From an uncultured Christensenellaceae bacterium (GTDB taxonomy: Bacteria > Bacillota > Clostridia > Christensenellales > UBA3700): a stretch of DNA of 64,000 bases. The notes under the pieces were generated by a model that ran no database searches, was not told where the DNA came from, and worked only from the letters and a program-made list of their open reading frames with translations. Below are positions 43,524 to 53,771 of this stretch, one piece after another; within the stretch, counting starts at the first letter, position 1, and each line of letters begins with the position of its first letter. The DNA lies in NCBI GenBank assembly GCA_944380295.1, contig CALWHE010000001.1, positions 1,172-65,171 on the forward strand, in the 5' to 3' direction. A program made the translations under genes and the position numbers.

Positions 43524-45605
43524 ATGGAAAGACACGTGTTCAAAACCACCATCGGCGGCAGAGAAGTTGTCGTGCAGTCGGGCGCATATTGCGGTCAGGC
43601 GGGCGGCAGCTGCATGGTGCAATGCGGAGATACGGTGGTGATGGTCAATGCGACCATGGCAAAACAACCCCGCGACGGGATAGACTTTTTCCCGCTCGGC
43701 GTGGATTTTGAAGAAAAAATGTATTCCGTGGGCAAGATCCCCGGAGGCTTTAAGAAGAGAGAAGGCCGTCCCAGCGACAAGGCTATCCTCACTTCTCGTC
43801 TGATAGACAGACCCCTGCGCCCGCTCTTCCCCAAGGGCTTTTATAACGACGTGGCGGTGGTCGCCACCTGCCTTTCGGTAGACCCGGACATTCCCCCGGA
43901 GATCTATGCGATGATAGGCAGTTCCGTGGCGCTGAGCATATCGGAGATCCCCTTTGCCGGTCCCACCGGTTCCGTGGTCGTGGGCATGGTAGACGGCGAA
44001 TACGTCATCAACCCCAACTCCGAACAGCGCGACAGGAGCAGACTGCACCTTTCTCTGAGCGGCACCAAAGAGGCTATCCTGATGGTGGAAGCCGGCGCCA
44101 ACGAAGTCACGGAAGAAGAGATGATAGGCGCCATCTTGTTCGGTCATGAAGAGATCAAAAAGATAGTCACCTTTATCGAAGGCATTCAGGCGGAGATAGG
44201 CAAAAAGAAGATAGATCCGGAGCTTTATCACCCCGCCGCCGACGTGGAAGAAGCCGTCAAGGCATACGCGGACGCCAAGATGGACAAGGTCTTGGAAAAT
44301 TACGACCGCCAGGAGCGTGAAAAGGCGGAAGAAGAGCTGGAAGCCGACGTATACGATCATTTTGCCGAGGAATTCCCCGAGGGCAGAAAAGACATAGGCG
44401 AAGTGCTTTACGCCATGAAAAAAGCCAAAGTGCGCAGCAAGATACTGGACAAGGGCATTCGTCCCGACGGCAGGAGCCTGACGGAGATCCGTCCCATCTG
44501 GTGCGAAGCGGGCATACTCCCCCGCGTGCACGGCAGCGGCGTGTTCACCCGCGGTCAGACGCAGGTGCTCACCACCTGCACGCTCGGCAGCATTTCCGAA
44601 GTGCAAAAGCTGGAAGGCTTGGACGATGAGATGTTCAAGAGGTATATCCATCATTACAACATGCCCCCTTACAGCACGGGCGAAGCCAAGCCCATGCGCA
44701 GCCCCGGCAGGCGTGAGATAGGTCACGGCGCCCTGGCAGAGCGCGCCTTGGAGCCTATGCTGCCCAGTGAAGAGGCGTTCCCTTACGCCATCCGCACCGT
44801 GTCCGAAGTGCTGTCCAGTAACGGTTCCACTTCCCAGGCGAGCGTGTGCGGTTCCACCCTGGCGCTCATGGACGCCGGCGTGCCCATCAAGCGTCCCGTG
44901 GCGGGCGTTGCCATGGGTCTTATCTCCAATGAAGACAAGAGCAAGATAGCCGTGCTCACGGATATCCAGGGCTTGGAAGACTTCTTCGGCGACATGGACT
45001 TCAAAGTTGCCGGCACCACGGAAGGCATCACCGCCATCCAGATGGACATCAAGATCAAGGGCATCAACGAAGAGATCCTGCGCAAAGCGCTGGCTCAGGC
45101 GCATGACGGCAGAATGTTCATTTTGGGCAAGATGCTGGAAGTGCTGCCCAAATACCGCGATCATCTCTCGCAATACGCGCCCAAGATAGAGTCCTTCAAG
45201 ATAAATCCCGACAAGATAAAAGACGTGATCGGCAGCGGCGGCAAGACCATCAATAAGATAATCGACGCCACCGGCGTGAAGATAGACATCAGCGATAACG
45301 GCGACGTGTTCATCGCGGGCGTAGATCCGGAAATGCTGGACAAGGCAAAGAAGATGATCGAACTCATCGTCAACGATCCCGCCATCGGCGAAGTGCTGGA
45401 AGGCACGGTGGTGCGCACCATCGCCTGCGGCGCGTTCGTGGAATTCTGCCCCGGCAAAGACGGCATGATCCACATCTCCAAGCTCGCCAATAAAAAGGTG
45501 GACAAGGTGGAAGACGTGGTCAACATCGGCGACAAAGTCAAAGTGGAAGTGCTGAAAATCGACGCCAAGGGCATCGGCTTGAAGCTTTTGGAAAAGCTCG
45601 ACTGA
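43524..45605 (+). CDS. pnp: polyribonucleotide nucleotidyltransferase (PNPase)
   Basis: Start moved to ATG 43524 behind GGAGG. Two RNase PH domains, then KH (GSGGKTINKI) and S1 domains. Confidence 0.93.
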   Translation: MERHVFKTTIGGREVVVQSGAYCGQAGGSCMVQCGDTVVMVNATMAKQPRDGIDFFPLGVDFEEKMYSVGKIPGGFKKREGRPSDKAILTSRLIDRPLRPLFPKGFYNDVAVVATCLSVDPDIPPEIYAMIGSSVALSISEIPFAGPTGSVVVGMVDGEYVINPNSEQRDRSRLHLSLSGTKEAILMVEAGANEVTEEEMIGAILFGHEEIKKIVTFIEGIQAEIGKKKIDPELYHPAADVEEAVKAYADAKMDKVLENYDRQEREKAEEELEADVYDHFAEEFPEGRKDIGEVLYAMKKAKVRSKILDKGIRPDGRSLTEIRPIWCEAGILPRVHGSGVFTRGQTQVLTTCTLGSISEVQKLEGLDDEMFKRYIHHYNMPPYSTGEAKPMRSPGRREIGHGALAERALEPMLPSEEAFPYAIRTVSEVLSSNGSTSQASVCGSTLALMDAGVPIKRPVAGVAMGLISNEDKSKIAVLTDIQGLEDFFGDMDFKVAGTTEGITAIQMDIKIKGINEEILRKALAQAHDGRMFILGKMLEVLPKYRDHLSQYAPKIESFKINPDKIKDVIGSGGKTINKIIDATGVKIDISDNGDVFIAGVDPEMLDKAKKMIELIVNDPAIGEVLEGTVVRTIACGAFVEFCPGKDGMIHISKLANKKVDKVEDVVNIGDKVKVEVLKIDAKGIGLKLLEKLD

Positions 45606-45630
45606 GCGCCAAAATCACAATAACAGGCAG

Positions 45631-45657
45631 AGCGGTCCGGCAACGGACCGCTTTTTG
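45631..45657 (+). terminator. rho-independent terminator after pnp
   Basis: AGCGGTCCG-GCAA-CGGACCGCT followed by T5. Confidence 0.8.
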
Positions 45658-45913
45658 TTTGCCGCCCGGCGAGCAAAAGCCCTGTGGTAAACGACATATG
45701 CGTCAAAATAAACGGGCAAGAAAAGCCTTATTTATCGCAAATGCGACATGCCCGTCCGCTAAGGCGGACAAGCAATAGTAAAACGCATTTAAGCGTAAAC
45801 GGTAAAACCGTCCGCAAAAGCGGACAAAAGCAAAATGAGCAAGTGTTTTTTCGGCGTAAATATATCGCAGGCAAAGCGCCAAGGCGTTCAAGACGGAACA
45901 AAAACGGTGGGCG

Positions 45914-46588
45914 TCACGCAAGGGAGAGAGCGTGGCTTTCAAAGAGAGTTATCACGTCTTCCAGGCTGTCGCAGACGGCAAAGAGGTTCTCGCGCAGATA
46001 GGGGGTGGGCGGAGTGAGATCGGGGACCATCACGCCGATAAAGCCGCCGTTGACGGCAGCTTCGTTGCCTTGCAGGCTGTCTTCCAGCACAAGGCAGTTT
46101 TGCGGCTTTTCACCCAATTTTTCCGCCGCCAGCAAAAAGATGTCGGGGGCGGGCTTGCCGCGGGAAACCATGTCGCCGTAAACGCAGAGGCGGAAAAAAT
46201 TCTTGGTATTTGAGCGTTCCAGATTGCCTTGCGTCCATTCGCGGCTGGAAGAGGTGGCAACGGCGGCGGGAACATCGTGCGCTTTCAGATAAGAGAGCAG
46301 TTCCTTCAAACCCTTTTTGACGGGTATGCCGAACTTGTTCACGTATTCGTAAGTGCGGCGGCGCTTTTCCATGTTCATCTCGTCAAAGGGGGCGTCTTGA
46401 CCGTAATGCGCCAAAAAGGCGGCTTTGATCTCCGCCACGCTTCTGCCGCGCACGCTTTTGAGAAAATCTTCGTTCACGTCGTAACCGAATTTTTTGCCGG
46501 CATAAGCCCAGCCTTCGGCAACCAGACGTTCGCTGTCGAACATCAAGCCGTCTTGATCGAATATCACCGCTTTGACAAGTTTTTTCAT
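45914..46588 (-). CDS. HAD-family hydrolase (beta-phosphoglucomutase-like subfamily)
   Basis: Start moved to ATG 46588. Motif I VIFDQDGLMFDSE and later HAD motifs. Confidence 0.8.
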   Translation of the reverse strand: MKKLVKAVIFDQDGLMFDSERLVAEGWAYAGKKFGYDVNEDFLKSVRGRSVAEIKAAFLAHYGQDAPFDEMNMEKRRRTYEYVNKFGIPVKKGLKELLSYLKAHDVPAAVATSSSREWTQGNLERSNTKNFFRLCVYGDMVSRGKPAPDIFLLAAEKLGEKPQNCLVLEDSLQGNEAAVNGGFIGVMVPDLTPPTPYLRENLFAVCDSLEDVITLFESHALSLA

Positions 46589-46749
46589 ATGCACCTCGCT
46601 ATATATAATATATTTTCCGCGCTTATAAGTCAAGAAAACGGCGGCAAAAGCGGCTTGCTAAATCATGCCGCTTTCGGCATATGTGCGGCGCGATAAGTGC
46701 GGCAAAAGCGCGTTTTCATAATATACGCGCACAGGGCATAAGATGTGAT

Positions 46750-47496
46750 ATGAAAGAGAGAAAAAGATCTGAAAAAGCGCCCTTGAAAGTGCGGCGCTTC
46801 CGCCGCGTGAGCAATGTGCTGATCGTGTGCACCTTGGTTGCGTTGGTGGCGGTGACCATGGGCGCGGGCGGCGCGGGCGGCGTGCTTGCCATGAACAGGG
46901 AGGACGTCTATTACTCGGGCAGGACAGACACCTCTTCCGTGGCGGTGATGATAAACGTGTATTGGGGAGAAGAATATCTGCCGCAGATCTTGCAGACGCT
47001 GCAAGACGCAGGCGCCAAAGCCACGTTTTTTATCGGCGGCAGTTGGGCGGACGACCACAACGGGGAGCTTTTGAGCATTGTTAGGGCGGGTCACGAAGTG
47101 GGAAGCCACGGTTATTTCCACAAAGACGGCAACAAGTTGGACTTGCAGGGGAACTTGCGAGAGGTGCGCTCTGCCAACGCGCTTTTGCAGGCGATCACGG
47201 GAGAAAAGCCGCAATTATTCGCGCCGCCCTCCGGCGCATACGGAGAAGACACCTTGCAGGCGTGCCGGCAGGAGGGCATGAAGGTGATCATGTGGAGCAA
47301 AGACACCATCGACTGGCGCGATAAAGACGAGGAACTGGTCTATGCACGGGCAACGGATGGAGTGAAGGCGGGAGATCTGATCCTCATGCACCCCACCGCG
47401 CACACGGCAAACGCGCTGCCGCGCATTTTGCGTGCCTATGAGCGGGCGGGGCTGAAAGCGGTGACGGTGAGCGAGCTTGTGGACATAAAAATATAA
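46750..47496 (+). CDS. polysaccharide deacetylase (NodB domain) with N-terminal membrane anchor
   Basis: Start moved to ATG 46750. Motifs ATFFIGG...GHEVGSHGYFH and TIDWRD. Confidence 0.8.
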   Translation: MKERKRSEKAPLKVRRFRRVSNVLIVCTLVALVAVTMGAGGAGGVLAMNREDVYYSGRTDTSSVAVMINVYWGEEYLPQILQTLQDAGAKATFFIGGSWADDHNGELLSIVRAGHEVGSHGYFHKDGNKLDLQGNLREVRSANALLQAITGEKPQLFAPPSGAYGEDTLQACRQEGMKVIMWSKDTIDWRDKDEELVYARATDGVKAGDLILMHPTAHTANALPRILRAYERAGLKAVTVSELVDIKI

Positions 47497-47759
47497 TGTA
47501 TGTTTTATGCACTTGCATGTGCGCCGGCGCCACTCGCCTGCCGGCGGCGGGGAGATAAAGCCGCGCGCCTTTTTTGTTCGGCGTGCGGACAAAGCGCTGC
47601 AATGTGCAGGCGTTGCACGGCAAAATGCGCTGCATATATCCGAATAATTTCGCCATGCGCTCCGATAAAGGGCGGTAAAGCGCTTTGCGGAGCGGCGCGC
47701 CGATATGCTTGCGGAGGAGCGCCGCTTACACTGCAAGTGCAGATAACATACACTTTTTT
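47497..47759 (+). repeat. GC-rich non-coding segment closed by an imperfect roughly 25-nt inverted repeat and followed by a T-run
   Basis: TGTATGTTTTATGCACTTGCATGTG (47497-47521) pairs with CACTGCAAGTGCAGATAACATACAC (47729-47753), then TTTTTT. Confidence 0.6.
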
Positions 47760-47865
47760 GCCGTTTTCTTTTCCCCGCCGCACCCTGCGGCATAAAAACA
47801 TTTTATTCGCATTATTAAAATAAAGGTAATATTTGGGCGCATAATATAATTTAAGGGCAACTTTC

Positions 47866-47894
47866 TTGACATTCTGTCGAAAAAAGTATATATT
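47866..47894 (+). promoter_or_regulatory. candidate promoter of the small membrane protein/ABC genes
   Basis: TTGACA, 17 nt, TATATT. Confidence 0.5.
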
Positions 47895-47908
47895 ATCGGT
47901 AAGGGAAA

Positions 47909-48343
47909 ATGAATGCGATAATAGCCGACTTCGGTTGGATAATAAAAAGTCCTTATAGTTTGCTCGTGCTCACGGCATTGTGCGTCTGCTTCAAAGATAC
48001 GCTTGCCGATATGTTTTCGAGCGTCTTTTCTTTTACAAAATCATTTCTCTGTGTCGTTTTCAGGCTCTGCATGGTCGCTCTCGCCGTTATGGCAGGCGCC
48101 ATGGCGCTCGCCTTCGGACAAAGTTTCGTGCATTTTACGGATAAGCTGATCGCCGCCCTGGTGATAGCCTTTCTCATCGTGCTGGTGGACATGTTCGTTC
48201 TGCTTGCAAAAAGAGTGCTGATGTTGTTCATCGGCGGCTTTATGAGAAGGGAAAGGGCGGAACAAGCGCGTGAATTTACCGTCGGCACACCCGTATTTGC
48301 GGCGGCGGGCACCCGGTTCGCGGGGCTGAGAATGAGGCAGTAA
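47909..48343 (+). CDS. hypothetical small membrane protein
   Basis: 144-aa ORF with 3-4 hydrophobic segments, weak SD AAGGGA, AT-richer than surroundings. No family recognised. Confidence 0.45.
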   Translation: MNAIIADFGWIIKSPYSLLVLTALCVCFKDTLADMFSSVFSFTKSFLCVVFRLCMVALAVMAGAMALAFGQSFVHFTDKLIAALVIAFLIVLVDMFVLLAKRVLMLFIGGFMRRERAEQAREFTVGTPVFAAAGTRFAGLRMRQ

Positions 48344-48396
48344 GATCCTTTTTCCACCCGCTCGTGCGGGACAAATAAAGGAAAAAGGAGAATAAT

Positions 48397-50982
48397 ATGT
48401 TAAGACTTGAAAATATCACCAAAGACTATGTGGTGGAGAAAAACGTTACCCATGCCCTCAAAGGCATAAACATAGAGTTCAGACCCGGCGAATTCGTGGC
48501 GGTGCTCGGTCCTTCCGGCTGCGGCAAGACCACGCTTTTGAACATCATCGGCGGTTTGGACAGATACACGGACGGCGATCTTTATGTGAACGGCCGTTCC
48601 ACCAAGGAATACGAAGATTACGACTGGGACCGTTACCGCAACAAGACCATCGGTTTCATCTTCCAAAATTACAATCTCATCATGCACCAGACCATCCTCT
48701 CCAATGTGGAGCTGGCGCTCACGCTCATCGGCGTGGGCAGGGCGGAGCGCAAGCGGCGCGCCATGGCGGCGTTGGAAAGCGTGGGACTTGCCGACCAGGT
48801 CTACAAAAGGCCCAACCAGCTCTCCGGCGGTCAGATGCAGCGTGTGGCGATCGCGCGCGCCATCGTCAACGATCCCAAGATACTTCTGGCAGACGAACCC
48901 ACCGGCGCGCTGGACAGTGAAAGCTCCAAGCAGGTGATGGACATTCTCAAAGATTTGTCCAAAGACAGGCTGGTCATCATGGTCACGCACAACGACGATC
49001 TGGCGGAACAATACGCAGACAGGATAGTGCGCATAAAAGACGGGGTGGTGCAGAGCGATTCCAACCCTTACGAAAGCGGCATAGAACCCGAACCCGCCAA
49101 GCCGCGCGAAAAAAATCTCATCAAGCGCATACAAAACTTTTTCAAGCACGACAAGGCGGAAAAACACACGTCGATGTCCTATGAGAGCGCGATCCGCCTT
49201 TCGGCAAACAACCTTTCCACCAAAAAGATGCGCACGGCGCTCACCTCGTTTGCCGGCAGCATAGGCATAATCGGCATAGCGATAGTTTTGTCGCTCTCTT
49301 CCGGTTTTTCCGGTTACATAGCTTCGATGGAAGAGGGCGCGCTGGCGTCTTATCCCATCGTGGTGGGCGCGGAATCGGGCTTCAACCTGCAACAGGCGAT
49401 GAGTTCCGTGCTGCAAAGTTCAAACCAAAAAGAAGAAGATCTGCCGCCGCTGTTCTCCGACATGGACGATCTGTATATCCAAAACGTGTTGGGCGTGGTG
49501 GGCATGCAATATCTGACCGATTCTTTGACGGGCAAGAACACCGATCTGACCGATTTCACCAAATATTTGGACGAGAATTGGGACGCGAGCCTGGGGTATT
49601 ACAAGTATAATTACAACGTGGGCTTGCAGCTTTGGTCGGACAACGTGAGGAACGCGGACGGCACGCAGATCAAAGACGGCAATTACACGCGCATATATCC
49701 CTTTGCGGACCTGATGGAAGGGACGGATTTCGAATCTTATATAGACATGGTATCCAACATGACCGTGATAGAAGAGATGCCGTCGAGCGAAACCATGAAC
49801 GCGCAATACGACGTCATATACGGGCGCATGCCGAGCGAAGAAGCCGCCGACGAAGTGGTGCTGTTTGTGGACAGCCGCAACCAGATAGTGGACTTCATGC
49901 TGTTGGCGCTGGGCATCGTGGAGATAGACACCAACACGTCCGTGTTCAAAATAGCCACGGAACTGGACAAATTCAAAGACGGGCTGGACTTTGAAAACCT
50001 GGTCTTTGACGGAGAAGGGGACAAGGCATATTTGGAATACAAAGTGACCACCACCGGCGACGGTTATGCGCGCGCGGCGGGGGATCAGGAGAGATTCGTG
50101 CTCAAAGACGAGTCCCTGCGCGCGTCCGAGGCGGCGGGCAGTGAAATGACGCTCAGAGTCGTGGGCGTGGCGCGCGTGAAAGACGGTGTGGAAAACACTT
50201 CCATGTCCGGTGTGCTGGGATATACCAACAAATTGACCGAATGGCTGATAACGCATAATAACGCCACGGAAGTGGTGCAGGCGCAGCTTGCCAGCAAAGG
50301 CAGGAGCGTGATCTATTCCACCAACAGCGACGGTTATTGGACGAACGAAGAAACCAAGCAGACCGATTACGAAAACGCTTTGGCAACGCTGGGTTATTCC
50401 ATTTACGGCAAGCCTTCCACGATCAACATCTTTGCCGCTTCCATAGACAGCAAGGATAAGATCATCGCCATGATAGACGGGTATAACGACGGCGCTTTGA
50501 ACGAAAAAGGTCGTGAAGCCATTCCGTATACCGACATGCTCGGAGAAATGATGGAATTCATCAACAGCCTCTCCGACACCGTCACCTATGTGCTGGTGGG
50601 CTTCTCCGCCATCTCGCTGATAGTGTCGTGTATCATGATAGGCATCATCACTTACATCTCCGTGCTCGAACGCACCAAAGAAATAGGTATATTGCGCAGC
50701 ATAGGCGCGCGCAAACGCGACATCGCGCGCGTATTCAATGCGGAAACCTTTATGATAGGTCTGCTCTCCGGCATCATCGGCGTGGTGTTCACCTGCATAG
50801 TTTACTTCCCCGCCAACGCCATTCTCAACGCCGTGCTGGGCATAGCCAACCTCTTCCAACTGGTGTGGTGGCAGCTGGTGGGACTTGTCATCATCAGCGT
50901 GGTGCTTACGCTCATCTCCGGCTTTATCCCGGCGCATATGGCGGCAAAGAAGGATCCGGTGATCGCGCTGAGAAGCGAATAA
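48397..50982 (+). CDS. fused ABC transporter ATP-binding protein/FtsX-type permease (MacB-like)
   Basis: Walker A GPSGCGKTT, signature LSGGQMQR, Walker B LLADEPT. Large extracytoplasmic domain and C-terminal FtsX helices. Confidence 0.85.
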   Translation: MLRLENITKDYVVEKNVTHALKGINIEFRPGEFVAVLGPSGCGKTTLLNIIGGLDRYTDGDLYVNGRSTKEYEDYDWDRYRNKTIGFIFQNYNLIMHQTILSNVELALTLIGVGRAERKRRAMAALESVGLADQVYKRPNQLSGGQMQRVAIARAIVNDPKILLADEPTGALDSESSKQVMDILKDLSKDRLVIMVTHNDDLAEQYADRIVRIKDGVVQSDSNPYESGIEPEPAKPREKNLIKRIQNFFKHDKAEKHTSMSYESAIRLSANNLSTKKMRTALTSFAGSIGIIGIAIVLSLSSGFSGYIASMEEGALASYPIVVGAESGFNLQQAMSSVLQSSNQKEEDLPPLFSDMDDLYIQNVLGVVGMQYLTDSLTGKNTDLTDFTKYLDENWDASLGYYKYNYNVGLQLWSDNVRNADGTQIKDGNYTRIYPFADLMEGTDFESYIDMVSNMTVIEEMPSSETMNAQYDVIYGRMPSEEAADEVVLFVDSRNQIVDFMLLALGIVEIDTNTSVFKIATELDKFKDGLDFENLVFDGEGDKAYLEYKVTTTGDGYARAAGDQERFVLKDESLRASEAAGSEMTLRVVGVARVKDGVENTSMSGVLGYTNKLTEWLITHNNATEVVQAQLASKGRSVIYSTNSDGYWTNEETKQTDYENALATLGYSIYGKPSTINIFAASIDSKDKIIAMIDGYNDGALNEKGREAIPYTDMLGEMMEFINSLSDTVTYVLVGFSAISLIVSCIMIGIITYISVLERTKEIGILRSIGARKRDIARVFNAETFMIGLLSGIIGVVFTCIVYFPANAILNAVLGIANLFQLVWWQLVGLVIISVVLTLISGFIPAHMAAKKDPVIALRSE

Positions 50983-50986
50983 GAAT

Positions 50987-51053
50987 AAGCGAAAAACAAA
51001 AGGGATAGGGCGGATATGGTTTTATGCCATATCTGCCCTTTCGTTTTTCGCTT
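50987..51053 (+). repeat. module T (copy after the ABC gene; its TAA is an in-frame second stop)
   Basis: Nearly identical to the I2 copy. Confidence 0.9.
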
Positions 51054-51589
51054 GTTTGAGGGGACACCCCGCCATTCAAAAATAAAACGAACAAGCGGAG
51101 ATATAGGCGCAATATATCGCCGTTTTATTTTTTTGAGGCGTAGTTTCCCCTCTTTTTGCGGGCGGCATAATCTCGTATCGCACTTGGTCTTACCGCAAAA
51201 ATTCACCCTTTCCGCCCTCATTCGCTCCGCGTGCTCCGCTCACTCGGAAAATGCGCACGGCGCATTTTAGAGGTGACGCTTGGCAAAAGTGTGATTTTGC
51301 CGCGCTTTATTACACTTTATTGTGTAAGCATTGCAAAGAGTTCAGCTGAAAATACGGAAAAGTTACTTCAAGGCTTTATCAGGGATGGAGCGCCCCGCGC
51401 TCCGGGTGCAGCGTCACGCTGCCGCTCGTCCAAAAGTGCGATTTTGGACGGCGGGATATTACACTTTATCGTGTAAGTATTGCAGAGAGATTAGCCGGAA
51501 AACGAACAAGTTACTTCGAGGCACGATCGGGGGTGGAGCGCCCCGCGCTCCCCGCCACGCACGACGAGCGCGTAGCTGTATCGTCGTGC

Positions 51590-51831
51590 ATTTCACGTGC
51601 CCCTCTGTGAGCGCGCAAGTTCTTCACATTGCGGTCACATATGATCGGGGTGCAGCGTCACGCTGCTTTGAGGGCACATTTCACGTTTTTGCCAATGTGT
51701 TGGCAAAAACATTTCACTTTTCGGCGTTTGTCATGTTCGCTTTTCGCTCACATTGGCAACGCCGAAAAATTTCACGTCCTGAACAAGGGCGCACACTTTC
51801 GTTTATCGCTCATTGCGCCCTTGTGCAGGAC
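51590..51831 (+). repeat. core unit C8 (ATTTCAC dialect) with 64-nt h1 loop
   Basis: The h1 arms at 51597-51605 and 51670-51677 enclose other modules. h3 allele TTTTCGGCGTT/AACGCCGAAAA. Confidence 0.9.
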
Positions 51832-51836
51832 ATTTC

Positions 51837-51863
51837 TTGACTTTTTCCCGCATTGCATATAAT
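51837..51863 (+). promoter_or_regulatory. candidate promoter of the M16 peptidase gene, near-leaderless
   Basis: TTGACT, 15 nt (short), TATAAT. The ATG at 51873 has no SD. Confidence 0.35.
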
Positions 51864-51872
51864 ATATCTGTT

Positions 51873-53150
51873 ATGGAAAAGAATTTTTACACATTCCCGG
51901 ACGGGCTTAAATTGGTGCATTGCAGGGCGGACGGCGTTTATTCCGCCGCGCTCACCGTGATGACGGGGGCGGGCAGCGGTAACGAAACCGCGGAGAACAA
52001 CGGCATTTCCCATTGCGTGGAGCACATGCTCTTCAAGGGCACGGGCAGGCGCACGGCGTTTGAGATCAGCAACGACATAGACAAGCTGGGCGCGCAGTCC
52101 AACGCCTTCACTTCCAAACTTGCCACCGGTTATTACACGGTGGGGCTTGCCGAGCATTTGGAAGAGTGCGCGGACGTTTTATCCGACATACTCACAAACA
52201 GCACTTTCGATGACAAGGAGTTGGACAAAGAGCGCAAGGTGATAGACGAAGAGATCTCCATGAGCGAAGACGACGGCGCGGATCTGTGCCTGGACGAACT
52301 TTCGCGCGTTTATTTCGGCGATCACGCCTTGGGGCGCACCATTTTGGGACCGCGCGAAAACGTGGCGCGCTTCAAGGGCGCGGATCTGAGAAAATACGTT
52401 GCGGAGAATTACGCGTCCGACAGCACGGTGGTGTGCATTGCCGGCAATGTGGAGTTCGAGCGCGCCAAGGCGGTGGCGGAGCGCTATTTTGCGGGAAAAC
52501 TGCCGCGCCTGGGGCGCAGATGGCAGGACGAAAAGGCGCAGACCAAGCCCGGGCGCTTTGTGCGTGAAAAAGCGGACGAGCAGGCGCACCTCGGCATGGC
52601 TTTTCCCTCGCTGCCTTATAAGCACGAAAAAGACGCGGCGCTGGCGGTGTTCAACGCGGTGCTCGGGGGCAGCATGAGCAGCAGACTTTTCCAGGAAGTG
52701 CGGGAAAAAGAGGGCTTGGCATACAGCGTTTTTTCCGCCATGTCCACCTATATAAATAACGGCTATATGTGCGTTTACGCGGGCATAAATCCCGCCAATG
52801 CGGAAAGGGCGGCGCACACGATAGCGCGCGTGATCAAGGAGATAAAAACCACCCGTCCCATCACCCGGGAAGAGCTGGAGAGGGGCAAGGAACAGATAAA
52901 AACCGCTTACGCGCTCTCCGGAGAAAACATGGGCGGCTGCGCTTCGCTCTACTCTAGATACGCCCTCTATACCGGCGAACTTTTGGACACGGGCAGGGAG
53001 ATAGAGCGCGTGCAAAAGGTGACTTTGGACGATATGGCTTGGCTGGCGGAACACATTTTGCGCCCTGAAGCGGCAAGCATATCTTACGTGGGCAAAAACG
53101 CCGAGGGGAAAGGGGAAAGGTTGTCCTGCGCGGCACGGCAATGGCGATAA
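51873..53150 (+). CDS. M16-family (pitrilysin/insulinase-like) zinc peptidase
   Basis: Start moved to ATG 51873. Inverted zinc motif HCVEH. The last 9 codons and the stop lie inside a repeat module. Confidence 0.8.
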   Translation: MEKNFYTFPDGLKLVHCRADGVYSAALTVMTGAGSGNETAENNGISHCVEHMLFKGTGRRTAFEISNDIDKLGAQSNAFTSKLATGYYTVGLAEHLEECADVLSDILTNSTFDDKELDKERKVIDEEISMSEDDGADLCLDELSRVYFGDHALGRTILGPRENVARFKGADLRKYVAENYASDSTVVCIAGNVEFERAKAVAERYFAGKLPRLGRRWQDEKAQTKPGRFVREKADEQAHLGMAFPSLPYKHEKDAALAVFNAVLGGSMSSRLFQEVREKEGLAYSVFSAMSTYINNGYMCVYAGINPANAERAAHTIARVIKEIKTTRPITREELERGKEQIKTAYALSGENMGGCASLYSRYALYTGELLDTGREIERVQKVTLDDMAWLAEHILRPEAASISYVGKNAEGKGERLSCAARQWR

Positions 53151-53191
53151 GCGAAAGTGTGCCGTGCCGCTCCGGACGTGAATTTTTCTCT

Positions 53192-53355
53192 GCCGGACAG
53201 ACGCTATGCGGGCACGCAGTAGAGCGCGGCTTTACGCACGCCTTTGCACAAATGCGCCTTGACAATACCGCAAGAGTATTGCCTGCGGCACCTTTGTCCA
53301 AATCCGCACGCAAATCCATCGCCCTCCCGCGCACCCTTATAGACGTCTGTCCGGC
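53192..53355 (-). repeat. module LH, inverted copy
   Basis: Reverse complement aligns with 12643-12807. Same GGGTGCGC/GCGTGCCC wobble pair positions. Confidence 0.85.
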
Positions 53356-53395
53356 ATAATTATCATCATAAACAAACACATAAGATATACCAACT

Positions 53396-53509
53396 TCGCA
53401 AAAGTGAAATGTTTTGCCTGCAAGGCAAAACGTGAAATGTGCTCTTAAACCGCTCCGCGACGAAAGAGCACGTGAAATGCACGACGATACAGCTCCGCGC
53501 TCGTCGTGC
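53396..53509 (-). repeat. truncated core unit C9 (ATTTCAC dialect)
   Basis: GTGAAAT at 53404, 53432 and 53472. h4 and half of h3 are missing. Confidence 0.85.
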
Positions 53510-53771
53510 GTGGCGGTGCTGTGGGCACATTAAATAAAGTGTTATAAAACATAGCAAGAGCGACAGAAAGACGATACAGCTGCACGCTCGTCGTGCGTGG
53601 CGGGCAGCGTGCCACTGCACCCCCAATCGTGCCTTGAAGTCACTTTTCCGTTTGTTCGGCTTACCTCTTCGCAATGCTTACACGATAAAGTGTAATAAAG
53701 CGCCTCAGGCAGCCTTTACATTTTGCCGTTCGGCACAGTGCGGTTACTCAATACGTTTGTTACGGCAAAAT

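Larger units (their letters stand above)
50987..51831. repeat. hairpin-mosaic island I6 (ABC gene to M16 peptidase gene)
   Basis: Module T starts 4 nt after the stop codon. Shares modules with I1, I2 and I3. Core C8 has a nested insert. Confidence 0.9.

Noticed and set aside
45754-45825. Two similar small hairpins, GTCCGC-TAAG-GCGGAC and GTCCGC-AAAA-GCGGAC, in the pnp/HAD convergent gap.
   Set aside because: They are short and occur only twice, in a region where convergent terminators are expected. They have no linkers or modules shared with the island family. Noted only as a possible minor repeat.
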